Below, one piece after another: positions 54,944 to 64,000 of a stretch of DNA of 64,000 nucleotides (position 1 is the first letter of the stretch; each line of letters begins with the position of its first letter). This stretch comes from Dehalococcoidia bacterium (lineage in GTDB: Bacteria > Chloroflexota > Dehalococcoidia > UBA2979). Position numbers and translations under genes: made by a program. Where the stretch lies: positions 352,001 through 416,000 of the forward strand of contig CAXXDN010000001.1 of the NCBI GenBank assembly GCA_963667465.2, read 5' to 3'. The notes beneath the pieces are model-generated. The model was not told the origin of the DNA, did no database searches, and saw only the letters and a list, made by a program, of their open reading frames with translations.

Positions 54944-55585
54944 ATGAACGCGCCGCGCACGAACCTCATCCTGCTGCCGGGCGCACCCGTCGCCGCCAGC
55001 CGCGCCGACGCCGTCACCAGTGCTCCCGACGCCACCGCGGCCGCGCGCGCGGCCGGCGTCCCGGTCCAGGTCCGGCTCACCCATCCTCGCGAGGGACTGC
55101 TGCGCGAGCAGCTCGAGGGACTCGACGGCCCGGTTGCCAGCGTGCTGCTCGCCTCGGTCATGCAGCCGCAGGACCTGCGGACCGCCGACGTGGAGCTGCG
55201 CCGCCACGAGCTGCACGCTGGGCTCACGCCGGGCAGCGTCGGCCTCATCCCGGAGATCGGGAGCGCCGCCGCCATCGAGCGGCTGCCGCAACTGCTCGCC
55301 GCCGTCGACCGCATCGCGAGCGTCGGCCTCGACATCGAGGCGATCGCCGCGAGCCTCGGCGCGCCCGACGAGCACGCCGAGGCGCTGCAAGCGCCGGTCC
55401 TGGGGCGTGTCGCACTCGCGGCCAGTGCTGCGAACGTGCCCTGGACCGTCGGGGCGCCGGGCTTCTCGCCCGGCGACCGCGCGCGGCTCGCGGCGCGCGC
55501 CCACGCGCTGGGCGCCTCGGGGGTCTGCGTGCTGGCCGAGTCGGAGGTGGCGGGCCTCAACGCGCTGTTCTCCGGCGACGCCTAG
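54944..55585 (+). CDS. Divergent CitE/HpcH-HpaI aldolase-fold protein
   Basis: VRL.., LIPEIGSAAAIERL..L....RI..V.LD......LG, LAA.A, ARAHALG..G pattern resembles CitE, but it is short and divergent. Confidence 0.55.
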   Translation: MNAPRTNLILLPGAPVAASRADAVTSAPDATAAARAAGVPVQVRLTHPREGLLREQLEGLDGPVASVLLASVMQPQDLRTADVELRRHELHAGLTPGSVGLIPEIGSAAAIERLPQLLAAVDRIASVGLDIEAIAASLGAPDEHAEALQAPVLGRVALAASAANVPWTVGAPGFSPGDRARLAARAHALGASGVCVLAESEVAGLNALFSGDA

Positions 55586-55599
55586 CCTGTCCTCGGTCG

Positions 55600-56103
55600 C
55601 TACTCGATCCGGCCCAGCCTTCGCAGCAGCGCGCGGACTTCCCCCACCACGCGGCGGTGTCGTCGCTCCAGCCTGCCCCGCGCACGCGCAACGTACGCGC
55701 CTCCCGCGGCATCGAGGCGCCCGCTCGCCAGCGCCGCCTCCACCTCGTCCTCGTCCTCCCAGCGCGCCCGGACGCGACCCGCCGCGTCGACGCGCACCAC
55801 GAGGTCGAGCAGCAGATCGAGGTAGCGCACCTCGTCCCCGTCGATCGCGACGTCGCGCAGCACGTCGAAGCGACTCAGCACCTCGCGACCGGCGTCCGGC
55901 GCGCCGGGCGGGCGCACGATGTGGTAGCAGCCATACGGGCGGCGTGGCCAGAAGCAACCGTACGAGTCCAGCGAGTCGGCGCCGCGTTCGATGCGATAGA
56001 GCACGAGCAGCAGGCTCGGGCTGCGGTGCACCAGCTCGGTCGCGAAGCGCTCCTCGCCCCCGCCGAGCTTGCGCTTGACCTCGATGATCTCGCCCTCGGC
56101 CAT
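55600..56103 (-). CDS. DUF402 family protein
   Basis: RYLDLLLDLVV..WEDEDEVE.A...G acidic motif. Confidence 0.75.
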   Translation of the reverse strand: MAEGEIIEVKRKLGGGEERFATELVHRSPSLLLVLYRIERGADSLDSYGCFWPRRPYGCYHIVRPPGAPDAGREVLSRFDVLRDVAIDGDEVRYLDLLLDLVVRVDAAGRVRARWEDEDEVEAALASGRLDAAGGAYVARARGRLERRHRRVVGEVRALLRRLGRIE

Positions 56104-56146
56104 CCGACCCGATCCCCCGGCGCTAGACTACGAGACCGGAGGCCCC

Positions 56147-56857
56147 ATGACCGCACCGCCCCGGCGTACGGCCGTCGTGACGGGCGCGAACCGCGCCGAC
56201 GGCATCGGCCTCGCGCTCGTACGCGAGTTGCGCGCCCGCGGCTGCGCTCCGGTCGTCGGCACGTACCGCGATCCGGCCACCAGCGACGCACTGCTCGAAG
56301 CGGCTGCCGCGGACCCGGACGTGCTCGCCGCCGAGCTCGATGTCACCTCGGAGCCGTCGGTCGCGGCGTTCGCGCAGTGGTGTGCGCGGCGCCTCGAGCG
56401 GGTCGGCCTGCTGGTGAACAACGCAGGCCTGGGCAGCGTGACCGGTTCGATCGTGACCGCGCCGCTCGAGGACCTCGAGGAGCAGTTGCAGGTACACGGG
56501 CTCGGCATGCTGCGCGTGACGCGCGCGCTGCTGCCGCTGCTGGGCCCCGGCTCGGTGGCGGTCAGCATCTCGTCCAGCCTCGGCAGCATCGCCGACATGA
56601 ACGAGGGCTCCACCTACTACGCGCCCGCCAAGGCGTTCCAGAACGCCCTCACGAGGCAGCTCGCCGCGACCGTGCGGCGCGACGGTGTGATCGCGTTCTC
56701 CGCCTGCCCGGGCTGGGTCGCGACCTCGATGGGCGGTTCCGGCGCGCAGTTGACGCCCGCGGATTCGGCGCGCCAGCTGGCCGATCTCGCGCTCGGCGCG
56801 GGGCCGGAGGACGCCGGCACATTCCGCAGCCTCGACGGCGGTGTGATCGCCTGGTGA
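56147..56857 (+). CDS. Short-chain dehydrogenase/reductase (CsgA/C-factor-like)
   Basis: VTGANRADGIG, LVNNAG, ISSSLGSI, Y...K, PGWVATSMGG. Confidence 0.9.
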   Translation: MTAPPRRTAVVTGANRADGIGLALVRELRARGCAPVVGTYRDPATSDALLEAAAADPDVLAAELDVTSEPSVAAFAQWCARRLERVGLLVNNAGLGSVTGSIVTAPLEDLEEQLQVHGLGMLRVTRALLPLLGPGSVAVSISSSLGSIADMNEGSTYYAPAKAFQNALTRQLAATVRRDGVIAFSACPGWVATSMGGSGAQLTPADSARQLADLALGAGPEDAGTFRSLDGGVIAW

Positions 56858-56885
56858 GCCCCGCCGTCCGCGCGAGCGAACGCAG

Positions 56886-57671
56886 TCACTCGAGGACCAC
56901 GAGCCAGGCGATCAGCGGGTTCGGCCCGCCGTTCGGATCGGAATCGAGCCCGACGGCGACCCTGTCGCCCTCGCGGAGTTCGAGCGGGCCGGCCACCACG
57001 AGGTAGCTCGTACCCGGCGCATCGCCGGCGCTGACCCGATCCCCGAAGACCATGTCGGCACGGGGTATCGCGTGGTCGCCCGCGATGTCTTCGAGCAGGA
57101 TCGCGGCGCCCTCGACGGTGACGACCGTGCCGCTCACCGCCGCCTCGCCGGCCCAGCGCATTACGCCACCGTCGCCGACATGCACGCGGTGCCGCCCGCC
57201 GAGGGCGTCCCGCAGCACGACGCGGAAGCCCGGAGTGAGCACCGCGGCGCAAGCGACGCCGGGCTGCGCAACGCCGAGGCAGGCATCCGGCCACTCGACC
57301 GCCTCCGCGACCTCCACGGTCAGGTCGGTCGCTGGCGCGCCCAGCCACTCGGCCATCAACTCGATCGCGTTCCCGGTCACCAGCTCCAGCGGTTGCTCGT
57401 CGCTCGCCGGCTGATCGCCGGAGGGCGCCGTCGGGGTCGCGGTCGCAAGCGCGGTCGGACTCACCGCCGGCGAGGGCGACGCTGTTGGCGGCGGCGGCGT
57501 AGCGGTCGGTGGCGCAGCGGTCGCCGTTGCACCCGCGGTCCCGGTCGGCGCGGCCGGGCCGGACGGGGTCGGCGAGTCGGCGACGGGGCTGCGCGGCGGC
57601 GGGCTGTCCGTAGACGAGCACGCGACGAGCAGCAGCATCGCTCCGAGCAGCAGCGTCACCCGGCCGATCAT
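56886..57671 (-). CDS. Putative lipoprotein with Pro/Thr linker
   Basis: Lipobox LVAC; EWPDACLG....C....TPG motif. Confidence 0.8.
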   Translation of the reverse strand: MIGRVTLLLGAMLLLVACSSTDSPPPRSPVADSPTPSGPAAPTGTAGATATAAPPTATPPPPTASPSPAVSPTALATATPTAPSGDQPASDEQPLELVTGNAIELMAEWLGAPATDLTVEVAEAVEWPDACLGVAQPGVACAAVLTPGFRVVLRDALGGRHRVHVGDGGVMRWAGEAAVSGTVVTVEGAAILLEDIAGDHAIPRADMVFGDRVSAGDAPGTSYLVVAGPLELREGDRVAVGLDSDPNGGPNPLIAWLVVLE

Positions 57672-57830
57672 CGGTGATCCCTTCCGATCCCCTCCTTCGA
57701 GGATAGTGCGGCGCGGCCTGCGGTATCATGTCCCGGACACCGCGCGCGGCTCCGGCGCCGATGCGCGGTGTGTTCGTGCGCCTCGCTGTGCGGCGCATGA
57801 GCCAGCAGGATGCGGACGCGAGGACGAGCA

Positions 57831-59147
57831 ATGCCGGCAACGGTGATCATCGGCGGGCAGTGGGGCGACGAGGGCAAGGGCCGCGTCGTCGACTTCTTCG
57901 CACGGAGCTGTTCCGTGATCGCCCGCTACTCGGCGGGCAGCAACGCCGGCCACACCATCGTCAACGAACTCGGGAAGTTCGGCCTGCACCTCGTGCCGGC
58001 GGGCATCTTCCACGCGGAAACCACGTGCATCATCGGCAACGGCGTGGTCATCAACCCGCACTCGCTGATCGAGGAGCTGGACATGCTCGCCAGCCGCGGC
58101 GTCGACACCTCGCGGGTCCGCGTCAGCGACCGCGCACACGTCGTGATGCCGTGGCACCTCGCCATCGACGAGCTGGACGAGAAGATGCGCGGCGAGCACG
58201 CGATCGGCACGACCGGCACGGGCACGGGGCCGGCCTTCACGGACAAGACAGGCCGCCTCGGCGTGCGCATGATCGACCTCGTGCAGCCGGAGTCGCTGGA
58301 GACGCTGCTGAGCTTCGTGCTGCCCTACAAGAATCGCATCATCACCGAGCTGTACGGTGGCGAAGCGCTGGACTACGAGCAGATCCGCGACGAGTACCGC
58401 GAGTACGGCCGGCAGCTCCGCGCCTTCGTCACCGACACCGCACGGCTGCTGCAGAGCGCGCACGACCGTGGCGAGCAGATCCTGCTCGAAGGAGCACAGG
58501 GGACCCTGCTCGATCTCGATAACGGCACGTACCCCTACGTGACATCCTCGGTCCCCTCATCCATGTCTGCCGGGGCCTGCCTGGGGGTCGGGATCGGCCC
58601 CACTGCGGTCGACCGCGTGGTGGGCGTGTACAAGGCCTACCAGACGCGCGTCGGCGACGGGCCGTTTCCCACCGAGCTGTTCGGCGAGGAAGCCGCCGCC
58701 CTCCGCGATCACGGGATCGACCAGGGGACCGGCGAGTACGGCACCACCACGGGCCGGCCTCGGCGCTGCGGATGGTTCGACGGGGTGCTCGCGCGCCAGA
58801 CGGCGAAGCTCAACGGCGTCAACTCGATCGCCCTCACGCGGCTCGACGTGCTCGCACAGTTCGAGTCGGTGCAGGTCTGCGTCGGGTACGACCTCGACGG
58901 CGAACGGGTCGACTCCCTCCCCGCTTCCCTGCACGACGCGAACACCGTGCGGCCGGTCTACGAGGTGCTGCCGGGCTGGCAGCAGGAGGTGTCGGACGTG
59001 CGCCACTTCCCGGACCTTCCCATCGAGGCGCGCCGCTTCGTGCGCCGCATCGAGAAGCTCGTCGACGCACCCGTCGACATGATCTCGGTGGGGCCGGAGC
59101 GCGAGCAGGCGATCGTGACGCGCGATATCTTCGGCGTGCCGCTGTAG
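57831..59147 (+). CDS. purA: Adenylosuccinate synthetase
   Basis: QWGDEGKG, NAGHT, EGAQGTLLDLD.GTYPYVTSS, EYGTTTGRPRRCGWFD. Confidence 0.98.
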   Translation: MPATVIIGGQWGDEGKGRVVDFFARSCSVIARYSAGSNAGHTIVNELGKFGLHLVPAGIFHAETTCIIGNGVVINPHSLIEELDMLASRGVDTSRVRVSDRAHVVMPWHLAIDELDEKMRGEHAIGTTGTGTGPAFTDKTGRLGVRMIDLVQPESLETLLSFVLPYKNRIITELYGGEALDYEQIRDEYREYGRQLRAFVTDTARLLQSAHDRGEQILLEGAQGTLLDLDNGTYPYVTSSVPSSMSAGACLGVGIGPTAVDRVVGVYKAYQTRVGDGPFPTELFGEEAAALRDHGIDQGTGEYGTTTGRPRRCGWFDGVLARQTAKLNGVNSIALTRLDVLAQFESVQVCVGYDLDGERVDSLPASLHDANTVRPVYEVLPGWQQEVSDVRHFPDLPIEARRFVRRIEKLVDAPVDMISVGPEREQAIVTRDIFGVPL

Positions 59148-59183
59148 CCGGCGCCTCGAGGGAACGCGGAGAGGGAGACGACG

Positions 59184-59705
59184 ATGGAGCACCTGCTGCC
59201 CGGGTTCCATGTGCTGTTCGCCGCGCTGCTCGTCGGAGGCCAGGTGCTGCTCGTCTTCGCCGTCATGCCCTCCACCTGGCTGATCGAGGACGAGGGGCTG
59301 CGGCGGCGCGTCACGCTCGTCGTCGCGCACCGCTTCACCTGGATCGTCGGCATCTCGCTCGTCGGGTTGATCGTGACGGGGCTCGCACAGTTCTACACGG
59401 ACATCTTCGTCCCGCCCGACGTCCGCGAGAACATGACGGAGTTCCACTTCGGGCGCGTCTTCATGGTGAAGATGCTGTTCGTCACGATCCTGATCATCAT
59501 GATCGCCGTACACGGCGCGGTCTTCGGCCAGCGCATCGGCCGCATCTCGGACGCCGTCCAGGCCGGCGAGATCGACCGTGGCGAGCTGGAGCAGGCGCGC
59601 CGCACCTCGCTGGTCTTCTCCACGCTCATGGTGCTGGTCTCGATCGCGCTGGTCTTCCTCGGGGCCACCCTCGGCAATCACGCCTACTCGCACGACCCGC
59701 TCTAG
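59184..59705 (+). CDS. Four-TM membrane protein (CopD/DUF4149-like)
   Basis: FHVLFA...VGG, TG, VK....., H motifs; GGGAG RBS. Confidence 0.65.
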   Translation: MEHLLPGFHVLFAALLVGGQVLLVFAVMPSTWLIEDEGLRRRVTLVVAHRFTWIVGISLVGLIVTGLAQFYTDIFVPPDVRENMTEFHFGRVFMVKMLFVTILIIMIAVHGAVFGQRIGRISDAVQAGEIDRGELEQARRTSLVFSTLMVLVSIALVFLGATLGNHAYSHDPL

Positions 59706-59709
59706 CAGC

Positions 59710-60261
59710 GTGAGCGCTGCCCTCGAGGCGCCCCGCCACCTGCGCACGCTGCCAGACCTGCTGCGGCCCGGCCTCGACCTCGTGTTTGTCGGCATCAACC
59801 CCGGCGAGCGCTCGGCGCGGGTCGGCCACTACTACGGCCACCCCGGCAACGCCTTCTGGCCCACCCTCTCGGCAAGCGGCCTCGTGCCGGAGCCCGTCGG
59901 CCCCGAGGACGACCGCCGCCTCCCCGCCGAGTGCGGCATCGGCTTCACCGACGTGGTGAAGCGCGTGCAGACGGACAGCACGCGCGTGAACGACGCCGAG
60001 TTGCGGGCGTCCGGCCCGGCCTTCCGCCGCCGCATCGCCTACGCCTCGCCGCGCGCGGTCTGCTTCACGACGACGCGCGCCTTCGACGTGCTGCACCCGC
60101 GCGTCCGCCCCGCGCGCAGCTGGGGTCGCCAGCCCGTCCGGGTCGCGGGCGCCGAGGCCTGGGTGATGCCCTCGACGTCCGGCCGGGCCGCCGGCTACCG
60201 CGACGAGGCGCAGCGCGTGCTGCGCGAGCTGGCGGCCGCCCTCGGGCGGGTGGCGCCGTGA
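59710..60261 (+). CDS. mug: Mismatch-specific (G:U/T) DNA glycosylase
   Basis: LPDLL.PGL..VFVGINPG..S...GHYY..PGNAFW, MPSTSG; start GTG 59710. Confidence 0.9.
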   Translation: MSAALEAPRHLRTLPDLLRPGLDLVFVGINPGERSARVGHYYGHPGNAFWPTLSASGLVPEPVGPEDDRRLPAECGIGFTDVVKRVQTDSTRVNDAELRASGPAFRRRIAYASPRAVCFTTTRAFDVLHPRVRPARSWGRQPVRVAGAEAWVMPSTSGRAAGYRDEAQRVLRELAAALGRVAP

Positions 60262-60770
60262 GCGAAGAGCAGCGCTACCGGCCGGACGACGAGTGCCCAC
60301 TGTTCAGCGAGCGCCTCGAGGAGCTGCTCGTCGCCGTCACGCGCGGCGAGTCGCCGAACGCCGGCCGCTTCTGCGGCCACTGCTACCACCCGCTCGGCGA
60401 GCGCACGCGGGCCTGCCCGCACTGCGCCACGGACACGGCCGAGCGCGCGCCCGTCGCCACCGTGCCGGACGAGATCATCGAGCTGCTGCGCGCGCAGCGG
60501 CAGACGGAGAGCCGGATCGTGAACGCCTTCGCCTACGCGGGGCTGATCATCGCTGTCCTTGGCGGGCTGGCGCTGGTCCTCGGCGTGCCGTTCCTGCGCG
60601 CCAACCTGATCTGGGCGACGGTCGTCTACGCCGTCGTCCTGCTGATCGGCGGGCGGGGGCTGGCGGGCTTCCTCGGCGGCTACTACGGCGACCGCATCGG
60701 CTACGAACGCGCCCGCCGCACCCTGCGCGAGCAGTGGGCGGCGTGGCTGGTGGAGCGCGACGCGGGGTAG
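60258..60770 (+). CDS. Zinc-ribbon + two-TM hypothetical protein
   Basis: FCGHC..ACPHC followed by two hydrophobic helices; GTG overlaps the mug stop. Confidence 0.7.
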   Translation: MSEEQRYRPDDECPLFSERLEELLVAVTRGESPNAGRFCGHCYHPLGERTRACPHCATDTAERAPVATVPDEIIELLRAQRQTESRIVNAFAYAGLIIAVLGGLALVLGVPFLRANLIWATVVYAVVLLIGGRGLAGFLGGYYGDRIGYERARRTLREQWAAWLVERDAG

Positions 60771-60793
60771 GGTAGGATCTGGATCCGCGCGAG

Positions 60794-61477
60794 GTGCGAA
60801 CCATGACCGTCGCCGCCGCCAACGCCGTCACCCAGGCACACATCGCCGGCCTGCGTACGCACCTCATCAGCCGACTGACAGGGCTATCCATCCCACGCCT
60901 TCGCTACTGGCACCGGAGCGGCTTGCTGGAGGCCACGCTTCGGGGTGGGCGGCGAGGGACACCACGGCTCTACAGTTGGGTGGACTACGTCCGGCTACAA
61001 CTCGCCTCTGGCCTCGACGCGCAGGATGTGCCAGCTCGGCGGATCCGCCAAGCCATCGACTTCCTTGATGAGTACTTTGAGGAGTGGTGGCTACTCACGG
61101 ATCCGCTCTCAGCCGACTCACGCAGGCACGTGCTAGCAGAGGTCGTCCCCGGCGCGACCCCGTTGCTGGCCGACGCGGCCGGACAGCACGCGATGATCTG
61201 GCAGGAGGCTCCACCCGCGTTCGCTGAAGCCACTCAGCACGCGCTCGCTGACATTGCTTCTGGCGGCTCACTCTGCAAGCTGAGCAACTTCCGGGACTCC
61301 GTGTTCATGAGCCCCCAGGTGAACCTGGCGCAACCGAGTGTGTGTGGCACCGCCCTCGAAACGCGCTTTGTGTCACGCATGGCTTTGGACATGGGCACCG
61401 CCGCGGTCGCCGAGACATTCGTCCTCGACCGGCATCAAATCGACCGCGCCATCGAGTTCGAGGAGGCAGTCGCATAG
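60794..61477 (+). CDS. MerR-like HTH + DUF433-like antitoxin (VapB45-like)
   Basis: SRLTGLS..RLRYW..SGL...RLYSW.D; C-terminal P.VN.AQP.V.GT.LET...IDRAIEFE. Confidence 0.75.
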   Translation: MRTMTVAAANAVTQAHIAGLRTHLISRLTGLSIPRLRYWHRSGLLEATLRGGRRGTPRLYSWVDYVRLQLASGLDAQDVPARRIRQAIDFLDEYFEEWWLLTDPLSADSRRHVLAEVVPGATPLLADAAGQHAMIWQEAPPAFAEATQHALADIASGGSLCKLSNFRDSVFMSPQVNLAQPSVCGTALETRFVSRMALDMGTAAVAETFVLDRHQIDRAIEFEEAVA

Positions 61478-61992
61478 CGCGGATCCTGCTCGATGAGCAT
61501 CTGCCGCCGAATCTCGCTCTCGTCTTTCGGGCACTCGGCCACGATTCCGGCCACGTGATCGGCGAAGGGCTCCGTGAGCGATCGGACGGCGACCTCCTGC
61601 GGCAGCTCCGAGCGCGCGGGTACGACTACCTCGCCACTCTCGACCAGCATCGGCAGGCCGAGGTCTGGTCCGAACTCTACACGCTGATAGCAGACGGCAC
61701 TGGCCGCCTGCTTCGGATCACGCCGCGTCGCTTCAGCGGCGTGAGCGGGTCGAGCCTGATAGCACGGCTGAGCAGCTATCTCGTCGTGGCGTACGATGAC
61801 TGGAGCGGCCATCTCGACAACGAACAGACCGGGCTCATTGACCTCGGCCGGGCCCGCGACAGTCGCGCACGAGGCACCACGAAGTACTCCGCCTTCACAC
61901 GAGCAGAAGTGGCGCAGCTGCTCCAGCAGCAGTTGGGCTCCGGCGGAGCGCCCCGCGTTGGTCGGACACGACCCCGACGGGGCCGCTCCTGA
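61474..61992 (+). CDS. DUF5615/VapC45-like PIN toxin, apparent ATA start
   Basis: (I)ARILLDEHLP..L...F...GHD..HV...GL...SD......ATLD; GAGGAGG 7 nt upstream of ATA 61474. Confidence 0.7.
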   Translation: MARILLDEHLPPNLALVFRALGHDSGHVIGEGLRERSDGDLLRQLRARGYDYLATLDQHRQAEVWSELYTLIADGTGRLLRITPRRFSGVSGSSLIARLSSYLVVAYDDWSGHLDNEQTGLIDLGRARDSRARGTTKYSAFTRAEVAQLLQQQLGSGGAPRVGRTRPRRGRS

Positions 61993-61999
61993 GCGTCCC

Positions 62000-62896
62000 T
62001 TACACCGCCGCCGTCACGTCGATGCGGTGCTTCGCAAGCTCCGCGCGGATCGCGGCCTGCGCGGCCTCCGAGGGCGGGATCAGTGGCAGCCGCGGCTCCC
62101 CGGCGGTGACACCCACCTCGTTCAGCGCGAACTTCACCGGGATCGGGTTCGACTCGATGAAGAGGATGTCCATCAACGGCAACAGCCGCTCGTGCAGCGC
62201 CTGCGCGTCGTCCTGCCGGCCGTCCGCAGCCGCCGTGACCAGCTGGTGGATCTGGTCGCCGATCAGGTGCGAGGCGACCGAGATCACGCCGTAGCCGCCC
62301 AGCGCGACAAGCTGCGCCGTGTCGCCATCGTTGCCCGACCACATGCGGAAGCCCGCGGGCGCGCTATCGAGGATCGCGGCGATCTGGGCGAAGTCGCCCG
62401 ACGCCTCCTTCACGCCCACGATGTTCGGCACCTCGGCGAGCCGCAGCGTCGTCTCGGCGGCCATGTTGAGCGAGGTGCGCGAGGGCACGTTGTAGAGGAT
62501 GCAGGGCAGCGGCGTGGCCTCGGCGAGCGTGGTGAAGTGGCGCACGAGGCCATCCTGCGGCGGCTTGTTGTAGTACGGCACGGTCAGCATCAGCGCGTCC
62601 ATGCCCGCAGCTGCGCCCTGCGTCACCAGCTCCAGCGACTCGCCGGTCGAGTTCGTCGACGCGCCCGCAACCAGGGCGGCGTCCGGCCCGACCGCGGCGC
62701 GCACCGAGCGCCAGACGGCGACCTGCTCCTCCATGCTCAGCGAGGGCGCCTCGCCCGTGGTGCCGGTGATTACGAGGCCGTCCGAGCCGGAGGCGAGCAG
62801 GGCCCGGGCGAGGCGGCCCAGCGCCTCCTCGTCGACGCCGTCCGCATTGAAGGGCGTGACCATGGCCGTGAGCACGCGCCCGATCTCGTTTGTCAT
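62000..62896 (-). CDS. dapA: 4-hydroxy-tetrahydrodipicolinate synthase
   Basis: TAMVTPF, GTTGE, PYYNKP, LYNVPSRT, GVKEAS, ESNPIPVK. Confidence 0.95.
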   Translation of the reverse strand: MTNEIGRVLTAMVTPFNADGVDEEALGRLARALLASGSDGLVITGTTGEAPSLSMEEQVAVWRSVRAAVGPDAALVAGASTNSTGESLELVTQGAAAGMDALMLTVPYYNKPPQDGLVRHFTTLAEATPLPCILYNVPSRTSLNMAAETTLRLAEVPNIVGVKEASGDFAQIAAILDSAPAGFRMWSGNDGDTAQLVALGGYGVISVASHLIGDQIHQLVTAAADGRQDDAQALHERLLPLMDILFIESNPIPVKFALNEVGVTAGEPRLPLIPPSEAAQAAIRAELAKHRIDVTAAV

Positions 62897-62972
62897 GGCA
62901 CACCTCCGCCGGGTTCTGCCTGATTGGCTGGACGCAGCGCGCCCGCCTGTCGGTCAGTTATAGCCCTCTGGC

Positions 62973-63998
<1,026 letters not shown>

Positions 63999-64000
63999 GC

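Noticed and set aside
54859..57006. 715-aa plus-strand ORF
   Set aside because: Arg-rich off-frame read-through spanning three better-supported genes.

Overview
High-GC bacterial chromosomal segment. Gene content and the style of the hypothetical proteins suggest Chloroflexota, probably class Dehalococcoidia (inference). The left edge (<1-4083, minus strand) holds a compact phage-structural operon: scaffold-like protein, HK97-like major capsid, head-tail adaptor, and a >620-aa propeller/baseplate-hub protein that runs off the window and is missing from the ORF track. The operon starts directly beside rimI with no integrase, terminase, portal or replication genes upstream, so it is a candidate domesticated or GTA-like particle locus. 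The rest is mostly housekeeping: dsbA-VKOR; dnaJ2-hspR-clpC divergent from hsp20; prs-secA; dnaE; a CLC channel; two convergent MoxR operons; CIRCE-hrcA-grpE-dnaK-(fic)-dnaJ-prmA-rsmE; rho; pyrG; purA; mug; asd-dapA. Small accessory modules are interspersed: VapBC, a Panacea antitoxin with an unknown partner, a DUF433/PIN pair with an apparent ATA start, a class II Fic gene between dnaK and dnaJ, and a small gene split at a prfB-like TTT-TGA-C site. Several proteins have substituted catalytic residues (transglutaminase triad, CLC gating Glu, CitE-like, MBL-fold). No rRNA, tRNA, CRISPR array or transposase was recognised. All family assignments are motif-based recognition, not database results.
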